From: an uncultured delta proteobacterium
Lineage (GTDB): Bacteria; Myxococcota_A; Polyangia; Polyangiales; B10-G4
DNA: 64,000 nucleotides
Assembly: GCA_963727445.1 (NCBI GenBank)
Contig: CAVSGI010000020.1
Location: 672,001 to 736,000 of the forward strand
Reading direction: 5' to 3'
How positions within the stretch are numbered: the stretch's first letter is position 1; the number at the start of each line of letters is the position of its first letter. Below, one piece after another: positions 63,368-64,000 of this stretch. The notes below the pieces were generated by a model. The model made no database searches. It saw nothing but the letters and a program-made list of their open reading frames with translations, and was not told where the DNA came from. A program made the translations under genes and the position numbers.

Positions 63368-64000
63368 ATGACCACACCCTCAACCGACGAGTTGCGCGTC
63401 GTAGACGTATTTCTCCGTTACCTGATCGCGGAAGGCGCCCGCGTTATTTTCGGCGTTCCCGGCGGCCTGCTTCATCCGTTCTTCGAGGCGGTCGAAGCGG
63501 ATGATCATCTGCGCCTCGTCGTGTCCAAGCACGAGCAGGGCGCGGCATTCATGGCCGACGGATATGCCCGGCTCAGTGGCAAGCTCGCCGTTTGCGCGGG
63601 TACGTCGGGTCCGGGCGCGACGAATCTGCTCACCGGCGTTGCCTGCGCGTTCTCGGATGGCGTTCCCATGTTGGTCGTCACGGGACAAGCATCGAGCGTT
63701 TCCCAGGGCCGAGGGGCCGCGCAGGAGACCTACCGGGAGGACATCGATATCGTCGAGATGTTTCGTCCGGTGACCAAGTACTCCACGATGGTCACGTCCG
63801 CTGGCAACCTCAGTCACCATCTGCGGCGCGCACTGCGACTCGCTCTGACCGGTCGTCCCGGGCCGGTGCACCTCAATGTTCCCGTGGACCTGTGGGGCCT
63901 GTCCCTCTCCGAGGAGTGGTTCGACCCGCAAACGTATCGCCCTTTGTCTCATTCGTTCGATCGCCGCGCGGTGGGAGAAGCGGCGAGTCTTCTGCTGAAG
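63368..64000 (+). CDS. ThDP-binding enzyme (acetolactate synthase-like), 3'-truncated by the window
   Basis: Translated by hand: 'IFGVPGG','KHEQGAAFMADGYAR','TSGPGATN','GRPGPVHLNVPVD'. Confidence 0.93.
   Translation, partial: MTTPSTDELRVVDVFLRYLIAEGARVIFGVPGGLLHPFFEAVEADDHLRLVVSKHEQGAAFMADGYARLSGKLAVCAGTSGPGATNLLTGVACAFSDGVPMLVVTGQASSVSQGRGAAQETYREDIDIVEMFRPVTKYSTMVTSAGNLSHHLRRALRLALTGRPGPVHLNVPVDLWGLSLSEEWFDPQTYRPLSHSFDRRAVGEAASLLLK

Overview
High-GC bacterial DNA that looks myxobacterial (Polyangiales/Sandaracinus-like), judging from its Cys-rich lipoproteins, Ser/Thr kinases, FHA-sigma54 activator and DUF1592/DUF1552 and DUF1501 modules. About 60 genes in five blocks: (i) 3.3-14.8 kb, a kinase/FHA-sigma54 signalling module with a sigma54 promoter ahead of a heme-c/DUF1501 lipoprotein operon; (ii) about 16.8-37.8 kb, an accessory metal/metalloid-resistance and pseudogene-rich block ending at tRNA-Asn(GTT), with a DUF318 permease, a thioredoxin-like::hemerythrin fusion, a BlaI/M56-headed TolC-RND efflux operon, acr3 coupled to an MtrA-like corrinoid/DUF4346 gene, and an HNH gene; (iii) a 51-bp palindromic tandem array next to the tRNA; (iv) housekeeping genes (asnS, cyclophilin, sirtuin, malic enzyme, Rieske-glutamate-synthase-like); (v) a compositionally different histidine kinase plus ThDP-enzyme pair at the right end. 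The best candidate for an undescribed system is the acr3-linked, Cys-rich MtrA-like/DUF4346 protein, possibly corrinoid-dependent arsenic methyl chemistry. Five independent frameshifts are all one-base insertions in AGATC, which suggests a modification-linked sequencing error rather than true pseudogenes. Family assignments come from motif recognition by eye; no database searches were run.
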